Source: Hyalangium minutum
GTDB lineage: Bacteria; Myxococcota; Myxococcia; Myxococcales; Myxococcaceae
Length of the DNA stretch: 248,000 nt
Direction: 5' to 3'
NCBI RefSeq assembly: GCF_000737315.1
Contig: NZ_JMCB01000004.1
Span: 20,001 to 268,000 of the forward strand
A program made the translations under genes and the position numbers. The notes beneath the pieces were generated by a model that saw only the letters and a program-made list of their open reading frames with translations, was not told the DNA's origin and made no database searches. Below are positions 229,601 to 239,281 of the stretch, piece by piece; position 1 is the stretch's first letter, and the number at the start of each line of letters is the position of its first letter.

Positions 229601-232600
229601 ATCGCCGCGCACTCCCCGCGCCGGGGAGGGGAGAGGCCGCCACCGGGCCTCGCACGCCCATGGAGGAGCTCGTCGCCCAGGCCTTCGAGCAGGTCCTGTG
229701 GCGGAGCCCCGTGGGCCTCCACGAGGACTTCTTCCAGATCGGAGGCAACCCCCGCCTGGCGTTGCAGGCCGTCGAGCGCATCAGCGCCGCTGTGAACGCG
229801 GAGGTCCGGCTGTCGGATCTCCTCAAGAACCCTGCCGTTGCTTCCCTGAGCCGCGTGATCAGCGAGCGCCAGGGTCGCAGGGCGCCGTCTCCCGCCGGGC
229901 TCGAGCTTGCTCCGGAGAGTGCTCGCGCGGCCTTGTCGTTCGCGCAAGAGCGGCTCTGGTTCCTGGAGCAGCTCTACCCGGGCACCGCGGTGCACCATCT
230001 CTCCATGGCGCTCCGGCTGAAGGGCGCGCTGGATACGGGCGCGCTCATCGAGAGCCTGGCCGGGATCATCCAGCGGCATCCGGTGCTGGGCATGCGCTTC
230101 ATCGAGCGGGACGGCCGTGTCTGGCAGGAGCCTCGGGCGCAGGGCGAAGTGCCCTTCGAGCTGGCCGTGCCCGGCCCTGTCTCGGCCACGGAGCTTCGCC
230201 GGCTGCTCGTGGAGGAGGCGGCGCGTCCCTTTGATCTGGCCAACGGTCCGCTCTTCCGTGCACGGCTCTTCCGGATCGAAGACAGCGAGCACGTCCTGGT
230301 CACGACGATGCATCACGCCGTGGGCGACCCCGCGTCGCTCCGCGTCCTCTTGCGGGAGCTCTCTCAGTTCTACACCGCGCACGCCTTGGGCCGGCCCGCC
230401 CAGCTCCCCGCGCTGGCCTCGGACTTCCTGAGCCACGCGCGCGAGCAGCGGCGCTCACTCCAGGGTGAGGCGCTGGAGGAGCGGCTGGGGTACTGGAAGA
230501 AGAACCTCAGCGGCGCGCCTGGGACCCTGAGCCTGCCAGCGGATCGGGTGCGGCCACCCCAGCCTGGCTTCCGGGGTGCCACGCAACGGCTCGCGCTCAG
230601 CCGCGCGGTCAGCAAGGGGCTGGAGACGCTGAGCGAGCGCCTGGAGGTGGCGGGCCTCGAGGTCCTCTTGAGCGGCTTCGCGGCCTATCTCGCGCGCATC
230701 ACAGGACAGGAGGACATCGTCATCGGCCTGCCCGTGGTCCACCGTGAGCGGGGGGAGCTCCAGCCGCTGATCGGTCGTTTCGAGGGGGCCCTGCCGATCC
230801 GCATCGATCTGTCCTCCAACCCCACCTTCGAGGAGCTCATTACCCGCGTCCACCGGGCCGCCCTCGGCGCGTACGCCCACCAGGATGTTCCGCTCGAGAA
230901 GATCGTCGAAGCCGTGGATGCCGAGCGCGATCTGAGCCAGACGCCCCTGTTCCAGGTTCTGCTCTGGCTCCAGGAGGAGGCCGAGGGCCGCGTGGCCCTC
231001 CCGGGGCTGACCCTCGAGCCGTTCAGCCTGGAGCTCGGGACCGCGAAGTTCGACCTCGCGCTCCTCTTCGAGCCTGTGGCTGGCGAGCTGACGGGCGTGA
231101 TCGAGTACAGCACGGACCTCTTCGACCCGGATCGCATCGAGCGGATGGCCGGGCACATCCTGACGGTCTTCGAAGACGCCGTGGCCTACCCTGGGAAGCG
231201 GCTCTCGGAGCTCTTGCTCCTCCCCGAGGAGGAGCGAAGGACCGTCTCCGCGCTCGCCAGGGGGCGGGTGCTGCCACCGGCCCGCGAGGTCCCTGTCCAC
231301 AAACTCGTGGAGGAGCACGCGCGGCGTGCGCCGGACTCGATCGCGCTCGAGCTGGGCGGAGCGGTGTTGACGTACGGTGAGCTGAATGAGCGGGCGAACC
231401 GCGCCGCGCATCAGCTCATCGCCCTGGGGGCGGGGCCCGAGAAGCTGGTCGCGCTGGCGGCCCCGCGCTCCTTCGAGCTCATCATCGGCCTGCTCGCGAT
231501 CTGGAAGGCGGGGGCCGCCTACGTCCCGCTCGATCTCTCGTACCCCAAGGCCCGGCTCGACACCATCTTCGAGGACTCGGGCGCCGGGCTCATCGTGAGC
231601 ACCCACGCCGCCGAGTCCCGGTGGCGCGTCCCCCACGTGCGCACGCTCTGGATCGACGAGCCCTCGAGTTCCGAGCTCAGCGGCAACCCGGACAGCGGCG
231701 TCCGCATGGAGAATGCCGCCTACGTCATCTACACGTCCGGCTCCACGGGGCAGCCGAAGGGCGTCATCCTCGAGCACCGCGGACTCGCGAATGTCATCGA
231801 GATGCAGCGGCACGAGCTGGGCGCGGACTCGAGCATCGTCATGCTCCAGTTCTCCTCGATCTCCTTCGACGTGTCGGTGTGGGAGATCGTCATGGCCCTC
231901 ACCAACGGGGGGAGGCTCGTGCTCGCCCCGGCGGACACGCTGCTCGCGGGCGAGGAGCTGGCCAAGGTGCTGATCACCCATCGGGTCACGCACATGGTGC
232001 TGCCCCCGACCTCCTATGCGGTGCTCCCCGCGGACCGTGAGTACCCCTCGCTCCGTCTCCTGCTCGCGGCGGGCGAGGCGCTCCCGCCAGAGGTCGTGAA
232101 CACGTGGGCCCGGCCCGGCGTGCAGTTCGTCAACGCGTACGGCCCGACGGAGGTGACCATCATCTGCACGCTCGGAGCGTGCAAGCAGGGGGAGTCCGGC
232201 CCGCCACCGATCGGGCGGCCTGCCTTGAACCTGGAAGGGTATGTGCTCGACAGCCACGGCGCGCTCGTCCCCATCGGCGTCCCGGGGGAGCTGCACCTCG
232301 GGGGCGTGGGGGTCGCCCGGGGCTACTTGAACCGCGAGGAGCTCACGCGGCAGAAGTTCATCCCGCATCCCTTCAAGCCCGGCGAGCGGCTGTACCGAAG
232401 CGGAGATCTGGTGCGGTGGCGCAAGGACGGCAACCTCGAGTACCTGGGACGCATCGATCACCAGGTCAAGCTCCGTGGCTACCGGATCGAGCTGGGTGAG
232501 ATCGAGTCGGTGCTCGCCACCCACCCGGGTGTCGCGAAGGCGGTGACGATCGTCTACTCCGCGGGCGCCTCGGGCGGCGTGAAGCTCCTCGTCGCCTATG

Positions 232601-235600
232601 TCGTCCCGGCCGGTCCGGTGGACGCGCACGCCATCCGCGAGCACGCCAGGAAGCGTCTCCCAGAGTTCATGGTTCCCTCCGAGATCGTCCTGCTGGAGGA
232701 TCTCCCACTCACCTCCAGCGGCAAGGTGGACAGGAAGCGCCTGCCGGCGCCGCGTCTCGAGGAGCACGCAGCGCGCGCGGCCTTCGTGGCCCCCCGCACG
232801 CCCACGGAGCAGACCCTGGCGGCGCTCTGGGAAGAGCTGCTCGAGAAGCGGCCGATTGGAACGGGGGACAACTTCTTCCAGCTCGGCGGCCACTCGCTCC
232901 TGGCAGCCCAGGTCATGAGCCGCGTGCGGAGGACGCTGGGCGTCGAGGTGCCGCTCTCCGCCATCTTCGAGCAGCCCACGCTCGCGGCGCTGGCCTCGGT
233001 GATCGCGGCCAAGGAGGCTGCACCGCAGCTCCCGCCGCTGGTGCGGCTGAAGGGGGAGGGGGATCGTCCGCTCTCGTTCGCGCAAGAGCGCCTGCGCTTC
233101 CTCGCGGAGCTCGAGGGTGACAGCGCGGCGTACAACATCCCGATCGCGCTCCGCCTGCGAGGGCAGCTCGACGAGGGCGCTCTGTCGCGAAGCCTCAGGC
233201 AGGTGGTGGAGCGCCACGAACCCCTCCGCACCCGCTTCCCGCTCGTGGAGGGCCAGCCGGTGGCCCGTCTGGTGGAGGGAGACATTCCCCTGGTCACCGA
233301 GGATCTCCGCGGCTCCGGTGCGCCGCCGCTCGACAGGCGCTTGAGGGAGGAGTCCACCCGTCCCTTTTCGCTCGAGCACGGCCCCGTCGTTCGCGCGCAC
233401 CTGTTCAAGGCCGCCGAGCAGGAGCATGTGCTCCTGGTGGTGATGCACCACATCGTGTCCGACGGCTGGTCGTTCGGCGTCATGATGCGCGAGCTCTCGG
233501 CGATCTACGCGGCGCAGGTCCGTGGAGAGACGCTGACGCTCCCGGAGCTCCCCATCCAGTACGCGGACTACGCGGCGTGGCAGCGGAGCTGGCTCGATGG
233601 TCACGTCCGTGACCAGCAGCTCGCTTATTGGCGGAGCGCCCTCGCGGGGGCCCCGGCCGTGCTGGAGCTGCCGGCGGATAGACCTCGCCCCACCGTCCGG
233701 AGCCATCGTGGCGCGGTCGAGCTCCTGGCGCTGGACCGTGACGTGACGCAAGTGCTCACCGCCCTCTGCCGTCAGGAGGGTGTGACGTCCTACATGGCGC
233801 TCCTCGCGGCTTTCGGCGCCTGGCTCGGCCGTGTGAGCGGGCAGGAGGATGTGGTCATCGGCTCGCCCTTCGCGGGCCGCCGGATTGCCGAGACAGAGCC
233901 GCTGATCGGCTTCTTCGTGAACACGCTACCGCTGCGCGTCGATCTCAGTGGTGACCCGTCCTTCCTCGAGCTCCTCCAGCGCGTGAGGCGCCAGGTGCTC
234001 GCGGCCCACGAGAACCAGGACGTCCCCTTCGAGAAGCTCGTCGAGAAGCTCAACCCGGAGCGCGTCCTGGGGACCAGCCCGATCTTCCAGGTCATGCTCG
234101 CGTTCCAGCAGGCGCAGCCGGATGGGATGGAGCTGCCGGGCCTCGAGGTCAAGCCGGTGTCCATGCTGACCGGGACCGCCAAGTTCGATCTCACCCTCTC
234201 GGTGGAAGAGACGGCGCGGGGCGTCCAGGGCTGGCTCGAGTACGACGTCGACCTGTTCGACGCCTGGCGCGTCCAGGCGATGGTGCGCCAGTTGACCGGC
234301 TTCATCGCGAGCCTCGCCGCCGCTCCGAAGGCGAGGCTCTCGGAGGCGGATCTGCTGAGCGCCGAGGAGCGCGCGAAGCTCGTCCCCAGCGCTCCCGAGG
234401 AGATGCCCCGTCTCCCGGCGGTCCATGAGGCCATCGCGGCACAGGCTCGGAAGACCCCCGCGGCCATCGCCGTCGAGGCTGAGGATGGCACGCTCAGCTA
234501 CGAGGAGCTGGAGGCTCGTGCGGGCGCCGTCGCCCATGAGCTCGTCCGGCGAGGCGTCACTCCGGGGGCGCTGGTGGCCATCGCGGTGGAGCGCTCCCTG
234601 GGGATGATGGTGGGGCTGCTGGGCATCCTGAAGGCCGGGGGCGCCTACGTCCCGCTTGACCCCGCGTATCCGCGCGAGCGGCTGGCCTTCATGCTCGAGG
234701 ACAGCGGCGCCCGGGTGGTCATCACCCAGGAGCACCTCGCGCCGATGTTCCCGGATGCCGAGGTGCTGGTCCTCGATGCGGCCCGGCAGGGTTCGTTCGA
234801 GCCGCGGAGCGGAGCGCTCGCCTACTGCCTGTTCACCTCGGGATCGACCGGTCAGCCGAAGGGCGTCCTGATCGAGCACTCGAGCCTCGCCAACCACATG
234901 GAGTGGATGAACGAGGCCCTGCCGCTGGGTCCAGAGGACCGCGTGCTCCAGCGGACGTCGCTCAGCTTCGATGCGTCGGTCTGGGAGCTGTTCGCGCCGC
235001 TGATGGTCGGGGCCCGCCTCGTGCTCGCGCCCCACGGCCTGGGCGCGGACACCGAGCACCTGGTCCGTGTGCTGCGTGAGCGCGGGATCACCGTGCTTCA
235101 GCTCGTGCCCTCACTGTTGACGGCGCTGGTGGAGGAGCCAGGGCTTGCAGGCGTCTCCACGCTCCGGCGCGTGTGCGTGGGAGGAGAGCCCCTGCCTTCG
235201 GCCACCGTGAAGAAGCTCTTCAGCGTCTGCAACGTGGAGATCTGGAACCTCTACGGGCCCACGGAGGCGACCATCGATGCGCTCGCGCACCGGTGCCGGC
235301 CAGAGGAGGTGGGGGCACACGGCGCGACCGAGCCCATCGGTCTGCCGATCCGTCGAATGAAGGCGCTGATCCTGGACGGCAGGCTTCGTCCTGTCCCGGA
235401 TGGGCTGCCCGGCGAGCTCTACCTCTCCGGGCCTGGGCTGGCGCGCGGCTACCTGAACCGGCCCGAGCTGACCGAGTCGCGCTTCATCGAGCACGCCTTC
235501 CCTGGAGGCCCGCGGCTGCGGATGTACAAGACGGGCGACATCGTCCGGCGTCAGGCGGATGGGACGCTCCTCTTCACCGGCCGTGCGGACCGGCAGGTGA

Positions 235601-237048
235601 AGCTGCGCGGCTATCGGATCGAGCTCGGTGAGATCGAAGGCGCGCTCGGCCGCCATCCGGCGGTGCGGGAAGCGGTCGCGCTGGTGAGAGGCACGAGCGG
235701 GGACGCTCGCCTGGTGGCGTTCGTGGTCCCCAGGGCTGGCGCGAAGCAGCCCGAGGCTTCCGAGCTCCGGGGCTTCGTGGAGCGGCAGCTCGCGGCGCAC
235801 ATGGTGCCAGGACAGTTCGTCCTCTTGGAGGAGCTCCCCCATGCTCCCAACGGCAAGGTGGACGTTCGCGCGCTGGGGGCGATGGAGCTGGCCGAGGAGC
235901 GCGGCACCTCACGGGGTGGCATCCCGCGCGACGCCATGGAGCTGGAGCTCGTCCGGTTGTTCGAGGAGATCCTCGGTGTCCGCTCGGTGGGGATCCACGA
236001 CAGCTTCTTCGAGCTCGGTGGCCACTCCCTGCTCGCGCTCAAGCTGAAGCTCGCGGTCGAGAAGCGGCTCCAGCGCCCGCTCCCCTTGGTGTCCCTGTTC
236101 CGGAATCCGGCGCCCGCGCAGCTCGCGGAGCTCCTTCGGAGCGGCACCTCAGCAGCGTCCCCACTGGTTCCGCTCACGCCGTCCGCCCGCGCGCTTCTGG
236201 CCTCCGAACCCGCGGGCAGCGGGGCTCGCCGTGCGCCCGCGCTCTTCCTGGTTCCGGGCGGTGGCTCCACGCCGTTCTACCTTGTCTCCCTGGCACGGCA
236301 TCTGGAGGGAACCGCTGTATTCGGCCTTCAGCCGCGCGGGCTCGACGGGGAGGCCCCGCCTTTCGAGAAGCTCGAGGACATGGCCGCCTGGTACGCGGAT
236401 GCGATCCTCTCCGTGCAGCCCGAGGGGCCCTACTTCGTGGGGGGCCACTCGATGGGTGGGCAGATCGCCTATGAGATCGCGCAAGAGCTCAAGGCGCGCG
236501 GCCACGAGATCGGCGTCGTGGCGCTCCTGGACACCCTGGCGCCGTTCCCGGAGGCGACGCGGCCGCTCGGCGAGGGCTGGGACACCGCGCAATGGTTGGT
236601 CCACCTCGCCGGGGTGATGGAGAGCTTCTTCAACGTCAAGCTTGGCCTGGAGCTGAGCGAGGTGCGCGCGATGAGCGACGCCGAGCGCCTGGAGTCCTTC
236701 GTGGTGCGCCTCCAGTCCGCCGCGGTCCTGCCGGCTGGCGCGCAGCCGAGCCATGTGATGGGGATCCTCAACGTCACGCGGGCCCTGGACGCGATGAACT
236801 CCCAGCCACGCCGCAGGCAGCCTGTCCCCCTCGCGGTGTTCCGCGCCGAGGACAGGGATGGGCCCACCCCACCGGAGCTCGAGGCGCTCTTCGCGGACGA
236901 CACGCTCGGCTGGAACCGCTTCATGCCGGGCTCCAGCACGGCCTACCGGGTTCCGGGCTCGCACCTGACGCTGATCCGAGAGCCCCACGTTGGGGGCCTC
237001 GCCCGGGACCTGTTGGGGCGCCTGACGGGCCTCACCTCCAAGCCATGA
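223648..237048 (+). CDS. mchC: NRPS four modules + TE (MchC): Leu, inactive Pro module, Ala, Gln
   Basis: Codes DAWFLGNVVK, degenerate, DVWVLAAIIK, DAWQCGLIDK; PCP4 GGNP; TE GHSMG. Confidence 0.9.
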   Translation: MTEAELIEDIYELAPMQHGLLFHSLLEPSAGMYVEQLSCELRGRLSLDQWKAAWQHVLARHAILRSSFLWEGLEKPVQVVAKEAELPWHLEDLRGATREEQERRIESFLNEDRLRGFELASPPLLRCALLRLGEEHYRFVWTYHHLLLDGWCFAIVLREVLESFAGGLESLPPPARPYRDYITWLQEQDPTRAESFWRELLRGFEQPTPLPFMERRQASKSAHGAQPEVVKHLPRELTARLATFAKEHRLTLNTLVQGAWGLLLGRTTGTDDVIFGVTVSGRPSELAGSESIVGLFINTVPLRARLDGSATIPAFLSALQAQQSSFEPHVYVSLADIQLWSDAPHDRPLFESLLVFENYPIDRSTLLERSGLEISSIHAQERINYPLAVVAIPGESLELRVMYQEDTFSRAAAERLARLLETALGALLTAKTVGEIDFLDEPARRVLAEWGQNPRVFDHRAPVHELVALVARSTPGALAVVGADGQKLTYLELNERAERVARRLRLLGAGRERIVGVCIGSSVERVVGLLGVLKAGAAYMPLDPNYPSERLAYLVGDASPTAILNAGADPVPDTRIPRLDVARVSLEAAASDAPARDASHLEDLAYVIYTSGSTGAPKGVLASHQNLLNLVSWHTEAFGLTAKDRTTHLASIAFDAAVWEIWPTLAAGATLHLVPPELPAAPDELSRWLVERQITISFLPTAVAEAALALPWPADCSLRFMLTGGDRLHLVPPPGLPFRLVNNYGPTETTVVATSGIVEAESRNGLPSIGRPIANARIYILDRMRRPVLPGVIGELYIGGAGVTRGYLNRPELSASRFFPDPFSDAPAARMYASGDLAQFRADGTLAFHGRVDRQVQVRGVRVEPGEIEAVLAEYPGVSAAAVVGVDSQGNGDIRLVGFAACASQNPPGADALASYLGEKLPEVMVPRQIIILSELPLTPNGKVDSAALEARAREEQVHTEHIAPRTPHEEILAGIWSAVLGQDRIGVEEDFFALGGHSLKATQVIARAREAFGIDLPVRAIFERRTIALLAEAVAGHGASSEPIPRLEQSGDGPLSPGQESLWFIDALGGNTEAYNVPLVIRLTGTLDTAAVARALALLVERHEVLRTTFHERAGVPVQRIGPSPASVLSSEDVTPELLERRISEEITTPFSLTTGPLFRARLFRQAPDTHTLVINQHHIIVDAWSVSVLLREFCIAYAAFASGERPELPELPNRYTDWVAWQNQRLVAGRLEEGLAYWRQTLKGAPQVLTLPGDRPRPTRQSFRGKTLSFALEGSIGRRLEALSRGSGASLFMTLLSAFAAYLGRLSGQDEIVIGSPTANRDRRETEGMVGYFLNTIALRIDLSEDPPFTELLQRVRKAALDGYSYQDIPFEKVVAALELPRALSHNPLFQVMFSLQGQSGGEIQLPGVRATLPTTESPTSKFDLTLFVEPREDSFACLLEYNTDIFDEDRIRRMATHLVRVLEAVAEEPELRVSEVPLLAPEERQLIAQLAQPGRLDDSRTLLELFERQVEKTPEAAALEHRGDVRTYRQLSQEAEALAVRLAALGAGPDVRVAICLERSITALVSVLAVLKAGATYVPLEPSEPPERLQAILGDAKARVLIAEKKYRDLNLPPGVEFLWMDGGGAPAVKAPRPRTASHHLACVLYASGSGGEPKGVAMPHRALLNLTAWHTAQPRPLRTLQYGLLNTGASLQEIFSTWCSGGTLVLAGDANRLAPRALVQLLEEARIQRLFLPAGALHPLAREAVNTHRPLPDLEEIIAAGEQLRITDPIRQWFVASKKRLRCQYSVAEAYVVAAHELTGSPESWPGLPPIGRPIPNTAIYLLDTDQRSVPVGVPGEIYVSGACLADGYLLRPELTAERFLELSVDPPVRAFQTGDLGRLRRDGTVEFLGRADGQILVRGIRVEPGEVERALCAHPSILDAVAVAAGDPTRAQRLVAYVTPETVRIDELPAFLSERVPEYMVPSQFVALPELPRTPGGKLDRRALPAPGRGEAATGPRTPMEELVAQAFEQVLWRSPVGLHEDFFQIGGNPRLALQAVERISAAVNAEVRLSDLLKNPAVASLSRVISERQGRRAPSPAGLELAPESARAALSFAQERLWFLEQLYPGTAVHHLSMALRLKGALDTGALIESLAGIIQRHPVLGMRFIERDGRVWQEPRAQGEVPFELAVPGPVSATELRRLLVEEAARPFDLANGPLFRARLFRIEDSEHVLVTTMHHAVGDPASLRVLLRELSQFYTAHALGRPAQLPALASDFLSHAREQRRSLQGEALEERLGYWKKNLSGAPGTLSLPADRVRPPQPGFRGATQRLALSRAVSKGLETLSERLEVAGLEVLLSGFAAYLARITGQEDIVIGLPVVHRERGELQPLIGRFEGALPIRIDLSSNPTFEELITRVHRAALGAYAHQDVPLEKIVEAVDAERDLSQTPLFQVLLWLQEEAEGRVALPGLTLEPFSLELGTAKFDLALLFEPVAGELTGVIEYSTDLFDPDRIERMAGHILTVFEDAVAYPGKRLSELLLLPEEERRTVSALARGRVLPPAREVPVHKLVEEHARRAPDSIALELGGAVLTYGELNERANRAAHQLIALGAGPEKLVALAAPRSFELIIGLLAIWKAGAAYVPLDLSYPKARLDTIFEDSGAGLIVSTHAAESRWRVPHVRTLWIDEPSSSELSGNPDSGVRMENAAYVIYTSGSTGQPKGVILEHRGLANVIEMQRHELGADSSIVMLQFSSISFDVSVWEIVMALTNGGRLVLAPADTLLAGEELAKVLITHRVTHMVLPPTSYAVLPADREYPSLRLLLAAGEALPPEVVNTWARPGVQFVNAYGPTEVTIICTLGACKQGESGPPPIGRPALNLEGYVLDSHGALVPIGVPGELHLGGVGVARGYLNREELTRQKFIPHPFKPGERLYRSGDLVRWRKDGNLEYLGRIDHQVKLRGYRIELGEIESVLATHPGVAKAVTIVYSAGASGGVKLLVAYVVPAGPVDAHAIREHARKRLPEFMVPSEIVLLEDLPLTSSGKVDRKRLPAPRLEEHAARAAFVAPRTPTEQTLAALWEELLEKRPIGTGDNFFQLGGHSLLAAQVMSRVRRTLGVEVPLSAIFEQPTLAALASVIAAKEAAPQLPPLVRLKGEGDRPLSFAQERLRFLAELEGDSAAYNIPIALRLRGQLDEGALSRSLRQVVERHEPLRTRFPLVEGQPVARLVEGDIPLVTEDLRGSGAPPLDRRLREESTRPFSLEHGPVVRAHLFKAAEQEHVLLVVMHHIVSDGWSFGVMMRELSAIYAAQVRGETLTLPELPIQYADYAAWQRSWLDGHVRDQQLAYWRSALAGAPAVLELPADRPRPTVRSHRGAVELLALDRDVTQVLTALCRQEGVTSYMALLAAFGAWLGRVSGQEDVVIGSPFAGRRIAETEPLIGFFVNTLPLRVDLSGDPSFLELLQRVRRQVLAAHENQDVPFEKLVEKLNPERVLGTSPIFQVMLAFQQAQPDGMELPGLEVKPVSMLTGTAKFDLTLSVEETARGVQGWLEYDVDLFDAWRVQAMVRQLTGFIASLAAAPKARLSEADLLSAEERAKLVPSAPEEMPRLPAVHEAIAAQARKTPAAIAVEAEDGTLSYEELEARAGAVAHELVRRGVTPGALVAIAVERSLGMMVGLLGILKAGGAYVPLDPAYPRERLAFMLEDSGARVVITQEHLAPMFPDAEVLVLDAARQGSFEPRSGALAYCLFTSGSTGQPKGVLIEHSSLANHMEWMNEALPLGPEDRVLQRTSLSFDASVWELFAPLMVGARLVLAPHGLGADTEHLVRVLRERGITVLQLVPSLLTALVEEPGLAGVSTLRRVCVGGEPLPSATVKKLFSVCNVEIWNLYGPTEATIDALAHRCRPEEVGAHGATEPIGLPIRRMKALILDGRLRPVPDGLPGELYLSGPGLARGYLNRPELTESRFIEHAFPGGPRLRMYKTGDIVRRQADGTLLFTGRADRQVKLRGYRIELGEIEGALGRHPAVREAVALVRGTSGDARLVAFVVPRAGAKQPEASELRGFVERQLAAHMVPGQFVLLEELPHAPNGKVDVRALGAMELAEERGTSRGGIPRDAMELELVRLFEEILGVRSVGIHDSFFELGGHSLLALKLKLAVEKRLQRPLPLVSLFRNPAPAQLAELLRSGTSAASPLVPLTPSARALLASEPAGSGARRAPALFLVPGGGSTPFYLVSLARHLEGTAVFGLQPRGLDGEAPPFEKLEDMAAWYADAILSVQPEGPYFVGGHSMGGQIAYEIAQELKARGHEIGVVALLDTLAPFPEATRPLGEGWDTAQWLVHLAGVMESFFNVKLGLELSEVRAMSDAERLESFVVRLQSAAVLPAGAQPSHVMGILNVTRALDAMNSQPRRRQPVPLAVFRAEDRDGPTPPELEALFADDTLGWNRFMPGSSTAYRVPGSHLTLIREPHVGGLARDLLGRLTGLTSKP

Positions 237049-237518
237049 GCTTCCAGATCCTGCTCAGACTCCTGCACCTCTTCGCCGTGGTGGTGTTCCT
237101 GGGCGACATTGCAGTGACCGCCGTCTGGAGATTGCTCGCGGACCAGACCCGGGAGCCACGGGTGATTGTCTATGCCCTGCGCCTGGTGCTGATCACCGAC
237201 AGGTATCTGCTGATGCCGAGCGCCCTGGTGCTCGCCGCCACCGGTTTCCTGATCGCCCACCTTCGGGACATCCCGATCTGGTCGATTCCCTCCTATGCCG
237301 TGGCGCAGATCCTCTTCATGTTGTCCGGCGTGCTCTGGAACCTGGTGCTTCGTCCCATTCAGGGCAGGCAGCTGGCCATCGCCGAGTCCCTGGGGGCCTC
237401 GGGTGAGCGCTTCGATGAATATCTGCTGCTCACGAAGAGGTGGCTCCGCTGGGGCATCCTGACGATGCTGTGCGCTTTCGGGTCCATGGCCCTGATGGTT
237501 CTTGCCAGAGGCGCATAG
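237045..237518 (+). CDS. mchD: DUF2269-like membrane protein (MchD)
   Basis: Four TMs; overlaps mchC stop. Confidence 0.75.
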   Translation: MSFQILLRLLHLFAVVVFLGDIAVTAVWRLLADQTREPRVIVYALRLVLITDRYLLMPSALVLAATGFLIAHLRDIPIWSIPSYAVAQILFMLSGVLWNLVLRPIQGRQLAIAESLGASGERFDEYLLLTKRWLRWGILTMLCAFGSMALMVLARGA

Positions 237519-237659
237519 GACTCCAGCGGCGACACGCGCCAGCCGCCCCAGGCAGACCTCCCAGAAGGTCTCTCCCCTCAGGAGATTGCCTGGGCTTCAG
237601 GTCTCTGGCGCCAGGGCAAGATGTTGACGAGACCTGCAGAGTAGGTGTTTTCTGTACGT

Positions 237660-238976
237660 ATGCCCGACACATCCAATTCCTCGTCAAGGGCGGGCAGCGA
237701 CGTCCACCCCATTGACTTCACGGAGCGAAGCACCCTGATCGACGCGCTCCGCGGATTCGCGCTGTGCGGCGTCCTTCTCTCCAACAGCATTGTCTGGTTT
237801 AGCGGCCGCGCCCTCATCCCTGCCGCACAAGCTGAGGCGCTGGCGAGGCCTCCGCTCGAGAAGGTGGTCAGCAACATCTTCCAGCTCTTCGTGAACCAGA
237901 AGTTTCTTACGATCTTCGCGTTTCTCTTCGGGCTGAGCTTCTCCCTCCAGCTTTCGCGCGCGGAGGCACGTGGGGTCGCCATCCTTCCGCTCTACACGCG
238001 GCGGTTGCTGGTGTTGTTGGGCTTTGGCGTGGTGCACTTCTTCGCGCTGTGGACGGGGGACATCCTCCATACCTACGCGCTGGTGGGCTTCCTGCTCTTG
238101 TTGTTCTACAGGAGCTCGAACCGGACGCTGCTCACGTGGTGCGTCGTGTTGCTCGGGGTGGCCCCGCTGCTGATGGCGGCGGGCCTGCGATGGGGGCCGG
238201 TGCTTCTGCATGGCGCGGAGGCGGCCAATGCCCTGAAGGAGATGACCCAGGCTCAAGAAGGGGAGCAGCGGGCGGCATTGCTGGCGGCGCTGGCCAGCGA
238301 CTCCTTCTGGATGTCGCAGCTGGGCAATGCGCGCTTCGGCTTGGAGCTCCTCACGCGTCCTACCCAACTGCTCGTGCTCATACTCACCCTCGGCCGCTTC
238401 CTCCTGGGACTGCTGGCCGGGAGGCTGGGGGTGCTGCAGGACGTCGAGCGCCATCGCCCCTGGCTCCGCCGGATAGGGTGGGGCGGTCTGGTGCTGGGGC
238501 TCCTGATTACCTTCCCTGGGCTGGTGGTGCTTCGCCTGCGCAATGCCGGGGTGTGGACCCCGCCGGACAATCTCGGGATGTTCCTCCTGAACGGCTTCCA
238601 GGATCTGGGCGCCTCGATCCTAGGCGTGGCGTTCGTGTCCTTCTTCGCGCTGATCTTCCAGCGGGAGTGGTGGCGGCGAGTGCTGAGCCTCTTGGCACCC
238701 GTGGGCCGCATGGCGCTCACCAACTACTTGGTGCAGACGGTGGTCAGCCTCTGCATCTATGACGGCTGGGGCTTGGGGCTCATCGGCAGCACGGCAGTGT
238801 CTCGCAGCGCCGTTTTTGCGCTCGGCATCTTCGCCGTGCAGGTGGGAATGAGCCACTGGTGGTTGAAGCACTTCCGCTTTGGTCCGGCCGAATGGCTGTG
238901 GCGCTCGCTCACGTATGGGAGAGCTCAGCCCTTGCGTCATGGCGCCCGAGCGAACTCGGTGGTCAGTACAGACTGA
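237660..238976 (+). CDS. DUF418 membrane protein
   Basis: DALRGFALCG, GRMALTNY, GPAEWLWR. Confidence 0.9.
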   Translation: MPDTSNSSSRAGSDVHPIDFTERSTLIDALRGFALCGVLLSNSIVWFSGRALIPAAQAEALARPPLEKVVSNIFQLFVNQKFLTIFAFLFGLSFSLQLSRAEARGVAILPLYTRRLLVLLGFGVVHFFALWTGDILHTYALVGFLLLLFYRSSNRTLLTWCVVLLGVAPLLMAAGLRWGPVLLHGAEAANALKEMTQAQEGEQRAALLAALASDSFWMSQLGNARFGLELLTRPTQLLVLILTLGRFLLGLLAGRLGVLQDVERHRPWLRRIGWGGLVLGLLITFPGLVVLRLRNAGVWTPPDNLGMFLLNGFQDLGASILGVAFVSFFALIFQREWWRRVLSLLAPVGRMALTNYLVQTVVSLCIYDGWGLGLIGSTAVSRSAVFALGIFAVQVGMSHWWLKHFRFGPAEWLWRSLTYGRAQPLRHGARANSVVSTD

Positions 238977-239281
238977 GGTCCGAGTCTCAGTGGAGGGGCA
239001 TCGCCTGCTACAGCCGAACAGGTGATCGGCGTGGCTCGGGACGGGTGATCGACATGATCTGGAGCACGCACATGTGGTGAAGTGGGCGTTGACCTGTGGA
239101 GCGGGTATGTGTCATCTTTTGAACGATTCATCCTGAGAGAGATGATGTGTGCCACGCCCCAATGGGACTCCCCGTATGCGACACCTAAATGGATGGACGA
239201 CTCGATCGTCTCATTCTCATCAGGTGGACGCTGCGAACCCTGGCGCTGGCGATCAGAGTGACTCTAGGTAAGGAAAGGTCG

